Source: an uncultured delta proteobacterium (GTDB lineage: Bacteria; Desulfobacterota; WTBG01; CAIYCZ01; CAIRTM01). From it: a DNA stretch of 64,000 nt. This document shows, piece by piece, positions 32,234-42,715 of the stretch. Within the stretch, counting starts at the first letter, position 1. Each line of letters begins with the position of its first letter. Position numbers and translations under genes: made by a program. The stretch spans positions 320,001-384,000 of the forward strand of contig CAWDSQ010000007.1 of NCBI GenBank assembly GCA_963804955.1, given 5' to 3'. The notes beneath the pieces are model-generated. The model was given only the letters and a program-made list of their open reading frames with translations. It made no database searches and was not told the DNA's origin.

Positions 32234-34184
32234 ATGCCTATGACAACCGGCACAAACCGTAAAATGACATCATTATATGTTCGCCCGGAGCTTATTATCC
32301 TGATGGTGCTTGTCTGTCTGACGCTTACCGTCTTCTTGCAAACCAGGAGCTTCGAATTCTGCAACTATGATGATAATGTCTATGTATATGAAAATCCCAG
32401 AATTCGCGGCGGCCTTACCGCAGGAAATATCGCATGGGCATTTACAGAGATACATGAAGGCAACTGGCATCCGCTCACCTGGCTTTCGCATATGATCGAC
32501 ATGCAGCTCTATGGCACGAATGCGGGCAACCATCACCTGACAAGCGTACTTTTGCACATTCTTAATGCGATTCTGCTGTTTACCGCTTTCAGCAGAATGA
32601 CCGGACAACGCTGGCAAAGTTTTTTTCTTGCCGCCGTATTTGCGATTCATCCGCTGCATGTTGAATCCGTTGCATGGATTGCAGAGCGCAAAGATGTACT
32701 GAGCACTTTTTTCATGCTGCTGGCGATGAACAGCTATGTCGGCTATGCGGCAAAGCCCGGCCTCATCAGATATCTGCCGATACTCGGCTTTTTCATATGC
32801 GGCCTTTTATCCAAGCCCATGGTTGTAACCTTCCCCTTTATCCTGTTGCTTCTGGACTACTGGCCGCTGCAAAGGCTCGATAGCAAAACAGCCTGGCCAA
32901 AACGCGCTCAGGCTTTGCTGATGGAAAAGGTTCCGTTGTTCGCATGCGCCGCCCTTGCGACGGTAATGGCCTTTATAGCCCAGCTCAAGGGCGGAACAGT
33001 AGCCTCACTGACGGATGCACCCCTGCAGCTTCGAGTTGCCAATGCAATTGTTGCCTATTGTGTCTATTTAAAAGACATGATTGCGCCCTTCCGGCTCGGA
33101 GTCTTTTACCCTTTGCCGCAGGATATTCCTTTAACCGGGACCTTGATTTCAGGCATGATACTGCTGGCCATAACCCTGGGCGTACTCAGAAAACGTGCTG
33201 TGCAGCCATGGCTGGCGGTTGGATGGCTGTGGTATATCGTGACCCTGCTGCCGGTAATCGGCATCATCAAAATCGGCTTGCAGGCGCGGGCTGACCGCTA
33301 CACCTATGCGCCCCTTATTGGAATAGGTTTCGGTGTTATATGGGGAATTTCATTTCTCTTGAAACGGGCAGGCAGGGCAATGGCTCTCGGAGTTTTCGGC
33401 GGGTCTCATTCTGATCAGCTTACTCGCCTTGCTGAGTTATCGGCAAGTAAGCTATTGGCGCACGAGCATTACCCTTTTCGAACATACTTTGTCGGTAACG
33501 CGCAACAATTTTATCGCCCATAACAATTTGGCACAGGCGCTGACCGAACAAGGAGATTCATCCGGCGCTATCACTCAGTGCCGGTTGGCGCTTGCTATAA
33601 ATCCCCGATGTGAGCAAACATATGTGAATCTTGGTCTCGCGTTTGCTCAGCAGGGAGACCGGGCACAGGCAATTCATAATTACCGCATGGCATTGGAGCT
33701 GAAGCCTGACTATGCCATAGCCCATAATAATTTGGGTAATATTCTGGGGCAGCAGGGCAAAACCGCAGAGGCGATTGAGCATTTTACCATGGCGATCCAA
33801 CGCAATCCGGATTATGCCGAAGCCTATAATAATCTGGGGACCGTCTTTCTTTACATGAATAAACCAGCTGAAGCACGCGACCAGTTTCTTTTTGCGATCA
33901 GGATCAATCCAGTCTATGCCGAAGCATACAGCAATCTCGGCAATGCCTTTACAATGCTGAAGGACTTTGATACGGCATTGATGCACCACCTGAACGCTGT
34001 TCGGCTTTTGCCCGCAAGTTCTAACATGTATTATAATCTCGGAAATACATATGCCTTAAAGGGTATGCTGTCTGAAGCCGTGCTCAGCTTTCAAACGGCA
34101 TTACAACTGAACCCGGCATCAGAGATGATCAGACAAAGACTGGCGGTAACGCTGGAGCTTCTCAATGCAGGCAAAGCGCCATAA
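32234..34184 (+). CDS. TMTC-like membrane glycosyltransferase with C-terminal TPR array, frameshift near 33400
   Basis: NYDD, WHPLTWLS, HPLHVESVAWIAERKD, ADRYTY; TPRs (AHNNLG, AYNNLG, AYSNLG) in ORF 33429-34184. Confidence 0.8.
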
Positions 34185-34277
34185 GAAACATCATTCAGGC
34201 CTGCACCGGGCAGTACTGCCGCGCAGGAGGAAGTCGAAATTTTAAGATGAGGGACTGCCATCGGTGTGCTTTAAGCT

Positions 34278-34745
34278 TCACTTGCCCAGCAATGCATGGC
34301 TGTATGCCAGATCCGACACCTTAAGCCCGTTCTGCGTTTTTACAACCTTCACTGTCATAATGACCGGATCAGAGGCCTGCACACTGCTGAACTTCACAAA
34401 AAAATATATCTTGTAGCAGTCCGGATATGTTTCAATTTTGTTGACCTGGAGCTTTCCCGTTTCATACACCCCGATCGTCTTTGCAAACTGCTCTTTCAAA
34501 GCCGCAAGTTTCCCGGCGGTTATGGCGCCCCGCAGGTTATCGTCAAAATCCCGGCTATAGGCGGCATAATCTCCCGCAGCCAGGCCTGCCAGTATATTGC
34601 CTGCGATCGGCTCAGCCTCGGCCGCCACGCTGCGCGCATCCTGCTCGCGCGGGTCAACCTGCGCAGGCATGTCCGGCGCGATGCTCTTTGCCGAACAGGC
34701 GGCCAGCACAAGCAGCAGCGGCAGCAAAGCATATTTCTTCACCAT
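34278..34745 (-). CDS. Lipoprotein (DUF3887-like)
   Basis: Signal peptide with LAAC lipobox; GDYAAYSRDFD. Confidence 0.65.
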   Translation of the reverse strand: MVKKYALLPLLLVLAACSAKSIAPDMPAQVDPREQDARSVAAEAEPIAGNILAGLAAGDYAAYSRDFDDNLRGAITAGKLAALKEQFAKTIGVYETGKLQVNKIETYPDCYKIYFFVKFSSVQASDPVIMTVKVVKTQNGLKVSDLAYSHALLGK

Positions 34746-34757
34746 ACATCCCCCCTT

Positions 34758-34883
34758 CTATGAACAGCCTTTTTTAATTTTGCGCAATTTGGGAACCATT
34801 TTAAGTATCTGCCGCCGGTCGCGCTCATAGTCTGCGACCGTCTTTTTCTTCGCAGGCTCCCGAATCTTTTTCCCCTTTGTCAT
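34758..34883 (-). CDS. Small basic protein, 41 aa (not in ORF track)
   Basis: MTKGKKIREPAKKKTVADYERDRRQILKMVPKLRKIKKGCS; GAGG RBS; stop 12 nt before lipoprotein start. Confidence 0.5.
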   Translation of the reverse strand: MTKGKKIREPAKKKTVADYERDRRQILKMVPKLRKIKKGCS

Positions 34884-34939
34884 GCAACGATCCTCATGCT
34901 AGAGCATTTTTCAAAATAGTATAGCCATATATGCACAGG

Positions 34940-35043
34940 TGAGCTTTTGGTGAGAGCAGCCCGTGCGGTTCGAGCGATGTACTTTCCATCATGACTGGCT
35001 TCTCTTGCGAGAATATAGCACGGGCAAACGAATCAAAAGCTCA
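34940..35043. repeat. Structured ~100-bp repeat A, copy 1
   Basis: Nested stems tgagcttttg/caaaagctca, gcccgtgc/gcacgggc, ttctc/gagaa; homologous to 41946-42045. Confidence 0.8.
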
Positions 35044-35084
35044 TCATAAGGCTGCATGATTACGACAAAAAGAAAAATGCTCTA

Positions 35085-35516
35085 TTAATGATCGTAGCTT
35101 TCGGTGCAGCGCCTGCCATAGGCGGCAAGCCGCTCTGCAAGCTTCGGCCCGAGGCCCCTTTTTTCTCCAAACCGCAGGAAAAGATCCTGCCCCAGGCGCC
35201 ATGCCTCGGCCTCAAAAGAGACTTTTTCCGGGCCTGTATCAAGAGCCATAAGACGTGCAAAGAGCTCTCCCCTGCCGCCTGCCTGCATCTGCCGCCACTG
35301 GCATGCATGCCCTGCTTCATGAAAGAGAAGGAACAGCGGCTCGGAAAAATCACGCTGCACCGGGTCATAAAAAAGCACGATCGACTGCAGGCCGCCTCCC
35401 GGCGGATAATAGTATGCTGCGGCATTCTGCAGCTCTACAAGCTGGATGGCAAGATCAGGGAACACGTCCCAGCACAGAAAAGCTTTTGCCGCATCAAGCA
35501 TTGTTTTGGGTATCAT
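35085..35516 (-). CDS. Small HEXXH metallopeptidase-like protein (ImmA/IrrE-like)
   Basis: LLFHEAGH followed by EAEAW; start 35516 or 35501. Confidence 0.5.
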   Translation of the reverse strand: MIPKTMLDAAKAFLCWDVFPDLAIQLVELQNAAAYYYPPGGGLQSIVLFYDPVQRDFSEPLFLLFHEAGHACQWRQMQAGGRGELFARLMALDTGPEKVSFEAEAWRLGQDLFLRFGEKRGLGPKLAERLAAYGRRCTESYDH

Positions 35517-35522
35517 ATACCA

Positions 35523-35597
35523 CAAACGGGCTGACGGTTTGTATCTGACAGGGAATATACCACGATTGACAACAAACCGACAACCCGTTTGCACAGC
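35523..35597. repeat. Palindromic repeat B, copy 1 (left islet boundary)
   Basis: Arms 35523-35541 and 35573-35591 pair 17/19; 21-bp caaaccgacaacccgtttgca identical to 40924-40944. Confidence 0.8.
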
Positions 35598-35826
35598 AAA
35601 CCTGTCTTCTGCGACTCCAGGCGATAGGATACGCACCGTTGTCTTTACAGCCTTCCTGCTAAAAGCCTATACAATCTCCTAATAGTAATAAAAAATTCAG
35701 CTAAAAACAAACTGCTCGACAACCTTGCTAAAACTTGCAATAAACGTCTTTGGGCTCCAGACCAGAAATGAGAGTTTAATATGTTTATACCGTTTAAAAA
35801 GCATCCAGCAATGAAAGGCTCCGAGC

Positions 35827-38039
35827 TTGATAGAAAAAGATTTCGACATCTCGTTCATAGCCGACCTTGCACTGCGCAAAAACAGATTCAGCAGAACTAC
35901 CGGCCGATTATCGCGGTTCACAAGTGGTTTGCTCGAAGACCCGGAACACTGTTCCGAGGCTTGCTGCTTTCCGAATTTCTCGATAGGCCCCTTCACGAGG
36001 CATTTTATACGGCAAACAGTCTGCAAGGGCTGAAGGTTGGCGATCCCTTCATGGGTGGCGGGACGCCACTTATAGAAGCAAACAGGCTCGGCTGTGATAC
36101 TGCCGGATTCGACATCAACCCGATGTCCTACTGGATCGTCAAACAGGAAATCGAGCATCTCGATTTACCTGGCTATGTCAAGGCAGCCAATTCTTTACGC
36201 GGCCAGTTGGAAAAGGAAATCGGAGAGCTGTACCGTACACGCTGTGTTTTTTGCAACAATCAGGATGCCCATGTTAAGTATTTTCTGTGGGTCAAAACCA
36301 TAGCCTGCCGCACATGCAATACCGCAATTGATTTGTTCCCCGGCTACCTGGTGGCAACCGATGCACGACATCCAAAGAACGTCTTTGTCTGCCACGCATG
36401 CGGGCAATTGACGGAAACAATCGACCGGAGAAGTCCCGGGGCTTGCGAGCATTGCGGCACCGTGCTTTCAGTGGAAGGTCCCGCAAAACGCAGTCACTGC
36501 CAATGCCCCGACTGCGGCACAACCAATACATTTCCCAACAAGACCCTGGGGCCGCCACGGCATCGGCTTTTCGCTCTGGAATTCTACTGCCCGTCCTGCA
36601 AGGGCGCCATAGCGGCAGGTTCTTCAAGGTCCCGGATTCCGAGGATTGTAGCCAAGGCCACTCAGGCGGAAGAACGATGGTCAAAAACGCGGTCACGGTA
36701 TGTCCCGGATGACGAAATCCCGACCGGCGACGAGACAAACCGTCTCCATCGCTGGGGGTACAACCACTACCGGGAAATGTTCAATGGCCGGCAACTCCTG
36801 GGCCTGGAACTGTCGGCCCGGATGATAGCGCAAACAACCAACGAACGCGTTCGAAACGCTCTGGCAACCAATCTCTCCGATCTGCTGCGCTATCAGAACA
36901 TGCTCTGCCGCTATGACACCATGGCGCTGAAATCACTGGATATTTTTTCGGTTCACGGATTTCCGGTGGGGCTCATTCAATGTGAATCCAATTTCCTTGG
37001 CATAGTGCAGGAGCACTCGGAGTATCTGCGTGGGCAGCGGCGGCTGGGCGAATATCATCGAGAAGTTTCGCAAGGCAAGGCCTACTGCGACAGTCCGTTT
37101 GAAATCAGGCATCAGAGGGGAAAAAAGGAAATCGTTCCGATCAAGGGGAATGGATCGGCGACAACCCAAACGGGCAACATGCAGTCGGGCAGCCGCATCG
37201 TGGAGATGCACTGCGATGACGCGGCCCAAGCGGCCCTGGCGCCGGCCTCACTGGATGCGGTTTTGACCGATCCCCCGTATTTCGGCAACGTGCAATATGC
37301 GGAACTGATGGATTTCTGCTATGTCTGGCTCCGACGTCTGATCCATACCGAGCCCGGCGCATTTGCCAATCCTTCGACACGCCATCCCCAGGAACTGACG
37401 GGCAACGAAGACATGGGCAGGGGAATTGATCACTTTGCCCAAGGGCTGTCAGTCGGTCTTTCAGAAGATGGCAAAGGCCCTGAAGCCCGGTGCGCCGCTG
37501 GCATTTACCTATCACCACAACGACCTCGAGGCCTACTACCCGGTTGCCGTGGCCATCCTCGATGCCGGCCTGACCTGCTCGGCTTCGCTGCCCTGCCCGG
37601 CGGAAATGGGTGCTTCAATTCACATTAACGGTACAGGCTCTCAATCATCGACACTGTTTTTGTCTGCCGGTCGACCGGCACCTTTCCCGCGAAAGTGGAT
37701 TGTCGATTCACTGGATAAGGTCGCTGAACTTGTTGCAGAGGATCTGGCAAAACTGCGCTCCGGCAATGTCAAGCCAACGGCCGGAGACATGCGGTGCATT
37801 GCCTACGGCCATCTCATTCGTCTGGCAGTATGGAATCTTCGTGCAGACCTGGGACAAAAATGCCGATATCAACAAACGCTTGTCGGCGGTTGCCTCATGG
37901 ATTCAGGGATTTGGCGGATGGCCGGAAATCGAGAAACGCCTTTCACAGCCGGTAAAATCTATCCACAATGCGCCTTTGCTACGCCGTACGCGAAGATCAC
38001 GAACATTATGGAGCCACGTATGAAGAAATATCCTTTTGA
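35827..38039 (+). CDS. DUF1156-type Zn-ribbon DNA methyltransferase, several frameshifts
   Basis: IAVHKWFARRPG, DPFMGGGT, multiple CxxC, TDPPY, AFTYHH; pieces in ORFs 35827, 35781, 37030, 37426, 37610. Confidence 0.8.
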
Positions 38040-38939
38040 AGCGACCTTTGCCGAAATACAGCGAAATGCGGAAGCGTACGTTGATGCTGTATTCTCGTGT
38101 CTTGAGTCGGAATTTCTCGTAATGCCCAAGGGCGTTGGATTCGTTGAGTATCCGGCATTCGAACGCGGCTATGAAGCCTAAAAATCGCAACAAAAAGTTT
38201 TGCCAAGCTCGATCCGGCAAAAATACTGACAGCACCTGTAGCAGCGAGCCGATTTCTCTTGTGGTTCTTCGCACCATGCTCGGCTTTACGCCGCCTGAAT
38301 GGGCTTACGTGGCGACCCAGCGGACCGGGGTGAACGTTACGCAAGGCTTTGTCAGAACGCTCGACAGAAAGATCAGGATGTCGCCGGAAACTCCGCTCAA
38401 GGCAAACGGAGAAACCGGGGAAAGCTGAAAGCCTGTGGAAACAGCTTGTCTCATGCTCACGGAAGGCTCTGCCCACAGTTGAGGACTGACCAACTTCATC
38501 GTTTGAATAAGGCCGATACCAGGCAAGGGCTCGACAGCATAAAGAATACTGCCGCTATGGGTGTGCCCTATGCCATGCTTCTGTACGAACGTTTTCTCGG
38601 GCGGCCCTTTGCCGGTCATCGCGATTCGGTCAGCGAATTGATTGGTGACAGCCTCGAGTCGGCCATCGAGGATGTGCTCTCAAAGCCGGGATCAGTTATC
38701 GCAAAACGAAGCGGGCGGAACGAATCGAGGGGTTCGATCAAACTCCCGATTTCATCATCCCCAGCGAGTTCAACCCGCAGGTCATCATTGAAGCAAAGAT
38801 CACCGAAGACGACGGCACGGCTCGGGACAAGGTGACGCGCATTCAGCACCTCGGCGAATTGAGTCTTGCCGGTCGTGCGGCAGACAACCCAAAATATGAA
38901 GTCATCGCCTGCATAGGCGTGTTCATTATGATACATTAA
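38020..38939 (+). pseudogene. Type II restriction endonuclease-like PD-(D/E)XK gene, frameshifted and apparently 3'-truncated
   Basis: Overlaps methylase stop; PDFIIP...IIEAKITEDDGTARDK read in last frame; turns abruptly AT-rich after EVIACI. Confidence 0.6.
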
Positions 38940-38976
38940 GATAAATATAAAAAAATATAGACGGAGCAAATAAATA

Positions 38977-39168
38977 ATGGCTGTAAAAGTCCAGCTGACA
39001 ATTGAGCAGATTGCAGATACGCTGCTTCACATGAAAAAGGATGAGCTTGATTCACTTGAGCTTCTTCTGGATAAAAAAACTGTTGCCGAGATAAAAAAAC
39101 GCCGCCAGGAAGCGCGGGCCGGCAAAACAGTTACCCTTCGCAACATGAAGTCCCTTCAGAATTTATGA
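38977..39168 (+). CDS. Putative antitoxin
   Basis: 63 aa, GGAG RBS, ARAGKTVTL C-terminus, ATGA overlap with RelE-like gene. Confidence 0.65.
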   Translation: MAVKVQLTIEQIADTLLHMKKDELDSLELLLDKKTVAEIKKRRQEARAGKTVTLRNMKSLQNL

Positions 39169-39383
39169 TCTGCCAGGCAACCTTTCATCCGAAGGTCGAT
39201 AAAGATCTATCAAGGCTTGACAAGCCTGTGCGGCTGCAAATCAGAGATCGTCATATCAGGGGTATCGCACGTGCTAAAAGATATCTTTCACGAATGCCTG
39301 CAATACTAGAAAATCCGCATAGTGCAGGCAGTCCCTTAACGGGAGTGCTGGCCGGGCTGCGAAGCTATCATTTCTCCGCTTGA
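39165..39383 (+). pseudogene. RelE/ParE family toxin, truncated
   Basis: FHPKVDKDLSRLDK...ILENP..GSPLTGVLAGLRSYHF then stop; C-terminal strands absent. Confidence 0.65.
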
Positions 39384-40812
39384 TTGATAGGGGAATAGAG
39401 CAATGTAAGATTTATGTTGAAAAGATGAGCATGGGCAGTCATCGCTTAGCTACGATCATAAATGATATGCAGTTAGTTAAATATAAGGGCAAATTATTTG
39501 TTCCGAAACCTGGCAATTACCAGATAAACCATGATTTTAACAAAGGCAGAACTTTATGGCTAATCACTGACAGGTCGATTTCAGGGGGGCAAACCAGAAA
39601 CCCAGGGAATAACAGATACTATATATGTTATGAGCAGTCCCTCAAGAATGACTCTCCTTTTTTCTTCTTTGACGAAAACAAACCAGCATGGAAATCACAT
39701 ACAACTCTGCCTCACAGTTTAACATCTGCCCTTATTAATATTGCAAGACCAATACCGACAGAAGGCGTCATATGTGACCCTTTTGCCGGAACTGGCACAA
39801 CTTGGATAGAGGTCAAACGACTACAATTACCCAATAAGGTGCATTCATCCGATCTCTCTCCTGCAACGGAATTATTACTATCTGACAATATTCGTTTTTT
39901 TAGTTTATCCTCAAATGAACTCATCAAACGGGTGGACAACCAAAAGCATCATTTATGATGCTCTCGCATGGCCAAGTGCGACTTGATCTCGGTGATGATA
40001 CAGCAATTTTTTCTTCATATGATATCGTTTTTCGTATGCTGAATAATTTGAAAATGAAACAAGCACAGGATGAAGACCGAGAATTTATTTTACCAGAGGC
40101 AGTAGTTAGAGAATTAATCGGGCTTCCATTTTTAACAAGACTTATTTTTTATATTGGATTGAGGGCTGAACTTAGATATCAAAGCGGTTTTAAAAGAAAA
40201 TCGCTTAAATATGAAGATGCATTTGCGAAATCACTTAACAAGCTTATAGAACAAATACACATGCTTATTGATTTAAAAAGAAAAGTTGAATTTCAAGTTA
40301 GCCCTAGCCATAATGGTCAACAAAACAATTCGTATATAAAATCAATCGCAACATATTCATTTCGCCTGACTCCAGCCATTATATTCAATAAGCCAGAAAA
40401 CCTCCTGAGCGGCATTGAATTTGAAGTGTTTTCTTCATTCGATGCACGCAATTTAAAACGTGCGTCTAATGATTTGATAATTTGCGACCCTCCTTATGGT
40501 TTTAATACAACTGAAGATGATAGCGGATTAGCGCAGTTATATTCCGAATTTATTGATAAAGCAATCGCATCCATTCGACCTAAAGGACAGCTTATTCTTT
40601 GTTTACCAGCAGAATCCTTTACTGGACGAGATTTGCCTTACTGTACGCGAAGCGATGTTATATCTCGTCAAATCCTTGTAAAGGCACATAAACAAGGTAG
40701 ACTCGTTTACCAACCCGCAAACAGCCTCCCACTCGCTTCTCTTTCGCCGCCATATTATTGGGAATCTGAGCGAGCCTTGAGGAGGTCAATTCTTCATTTC
40801 AGATTTTGTTAA
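39380..40812 (+). CDS. Trm11/UPF0020-like amino-methyltransferase, split near 39950, probably 5'-truncated
   Basis: TTLPHSLTSALINIA, DPFAGTGT in ORF 39380-39958; DARNL, ICDPPYG in ORF 39955-40812; visibly AT-rich. Confidence 0.6.
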
Positions 40813-40870
40813 GGGAGAAAAAGGTGTCAGGTCTACGTTTGACTTATGACAGTAATCAAAAGGGTGAAAT

Positions 40871-40948
40871 CAAACACGGGCGGAAGGTTTGAATCCGATC
40901 CTGGCAACGTACCATGATTGAACCAAACCGACAACCCGTTTGCAGAGC
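40871..40948. repeat. Palindromic repeat B, copy 2 (right islet boundary)
   Basis: Degenerate left arm caaacacgggcggaaggtttg; right arm identical over 21 bp to copy 1. Confidence 0.8.
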
Positions 40949-41148
40949 TATCCTCTCTCTTTCCAGCTCAGCCTGCATAAGCCCCTCCATAACAGAGCCG
41001 CTGCTGCGCCATCCGGGTTTGCGTTTCGCAAAAAAACGGGCACATTCATATCACTTGCTTTTTTTTGTTATGGCTCGGATAATTGCGGCTGATGACAGGC
41101 CCTCTCAAGCGGATTTCCGGCACGTGAACCTTCATGCTGTGATGCACC

Positions 41149-41907
41149 ATGCACGATAAAATATGGTCTGAAACATTCCGGGCGCGCTATTATGAAGTCG
41201 GGCCTGACGGCTGCGTGACCATCCAGGCCCTGTGCAATTATTTTCAGGAAGCGGCAGGCAACCATGCCACCCGGCTGGGCGTGGGCATGCAGAAACTTAT
41301 GGAGCAGCGCCGGAGCTGGGTTCTGTCGCGCATGCTGGTAGAGATGTCGGTTTTCCCGGGCTGGCTCGATGAGGTGACGGTTGACACCTGGCCCGCAGGC
41401 ATTGAGCGCATGTTTGCCATACGCCTTTTCAGGCTTCGCTGCGGCGAGCGGATAATCGGCTGCGGATCAAGCGCATGGCTGCTGTTTGATCTTGACCGCC
41501 GCAGGCCCCTGCGCCCTGACTTCGTCCGCGATCTTGCCGTGGAGGGCCCTGAGCTGGGCCTGGCGGCAATGCTTTCCGGTAAGGTGGAGCCGCCGGGCCA
41601 GTGCCCGTGGCAGCGGCCATTCACCGTGCGCACGAGCGATCTTGACATGAATCAGCATGTCAACAATGTCAATTATATAGACTGGGCACTTGAAGCCGTG
41701 CCGCCGGATACCCGGCGCTCATGCCGCCTCCACCGGCTGCAGATCGAATTTCTGGCCGAATGCAGGGAAGATGAGCAGGTTGTCTCGAAATGCGCCCCTG
41801 ATGACAGCGCGGCAGGCGGCTGCTTTCGCCATGCCATATGCCGGTCCGACGGCAGCATCGCCGCAGCGGCCCTGAGCAGCTGGCAAGGCAGAGAAAATCG
41901 CGGCTAG
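41149..41907 (+). CDS. Acyl-ACP thioesterase
   Basis: YFQEAAGNHA, WVLSR, DLDMNQHVNNVNY. Confidence 0.9.
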   Translation: MHDKIWSETFRARYYEVGPDGCVTIQALCNYFQEAAGNHATRLGVGMQKLMEQRRSWVLSRMLVEMSVFPGWLDEVTVDTWPAGIERMFAIRLFRLRCGERIIGCGSSAWLLFDLDRRRPLRPDFVRDLAVEGPELGLAAMLSGKVEPPGQCPWQRPFTVRTSDLDMNQHVNNVNYIDWALEAVPPDTRRSCRLHRLQIEFLAECREDEQVVSKCAPDDSAAGGCFRHAICRSDGSIAAAALSSWQGRENRG

Positions 41908-41945
41908 GGGATTTTTCAAAATGTTCCAGCCAGGGGCATGAGGAG

Positions 41946-42045
41946 AGTTTGTGGTGAGAGCAGCCTGTGCGGTTCGAGCGCTACACCCTCCTGCAATGCC
42001 GCGTTCTCCTGCGAGAACTTAGCACAGGCAAACGAATCACAAACT
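41946..42045. repeat. Structured ~100-bp repeat A, copy 2
   Basis: agtttgtg/cacaaact, gcctgtgc/gcacaggc, gttctc/gagaac stems. Confidence 0.8.
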
Positions 42046-42129
42046 GACTCCATGCACATGCAGGGCGATGGCAAAAAGGAAAATGTTCTAAAGCCGCTCA
42101 TGCATCAAACCAATATAAAGGAGGTCTCT

Positions 42130-42696
42130 ATGATACTCGGACTGTGCGGCAGCGGAAGAAAAGAAGGCAATACCGGCGCTCTGGTCGAGGCGGTAGTGCA
42201 GGGGGCGGGCGGCCCGTCAGAGCTTATCTGGCTCATCGACCTGAACATCGGGTACTGCACGGGCTGCCTGCGCTGCGCCTTTGAAGGCAAATGCTGGCAG
42301 CAGGACGGCATGACAGATCTCTACCAGAAGCTCATCGACTGCGACGCCATTGTGTTCGGATCGCCCTGCTATTACGGCAATGTATCCGGGCTTTTTAAAA
42401 GCTTTATGGACCGCAGCATCGCCCTGGGCTATATGGGCATCGGCAAGGAGTCCGAAATTGCCATGCACGGCCGCAAGCCCCTTGCCGGCAAACCCGCGGC
42501 CCTTGTATCGGCTGTGGCGGGCCATGGCGCGGACAGCGTGCTTGCAATAATGGAGAGTTATGCCGGCTACGGCGAAATGAACATCGTCGGAAAACTCGGC
42601 GCAGTGGCGGGCATGGATGATGTGCGGGATAAAAAGGAAATTATGGACCAGGCCCGGGAACTTGGCGCAAAGATGCGGCAGGCTCTAGAAAAATAA
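42130..42696 (+). CDS. Iron-sulfur flavoprotein / flavodoxin family
   Basis: GSGRKEGNT, CTGCLRC...C, GSPCYYG, FMDR; GGAGG RBS. Confidence 0.85.
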   Translation: MILGLCGSGRKEGNTGALVEAVVQGAGGPSELIWLIDLNIGYCTGCLRCAFEGKCWQQDGMTDLYQKLIDCDAIVFGSPCYYGNVSGLFKSFMDRSIALGYMGIGKESEIAMHGRKPLAGKPAALVSAVAGHGADSVLAIMESYAGYGEMNIVGKLGAVAGMDDVRDKKEIMDQARELGAKMRQALEK

Positions 42697-42715
42697 GAGG
42701 TGCTCATAAGCCGCC

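Noticed and set aside
35523..40948. Integron cassette array or prophage interpretation of the islet
   Set aside because: No attC consensus ends, no integrase, no phage genes
41938..42129. 64-aa N-terminal extension of the flavoprotein ORF
   Set aside because: Runs through repeat A; a GGAGG RBS supports the start at 42130
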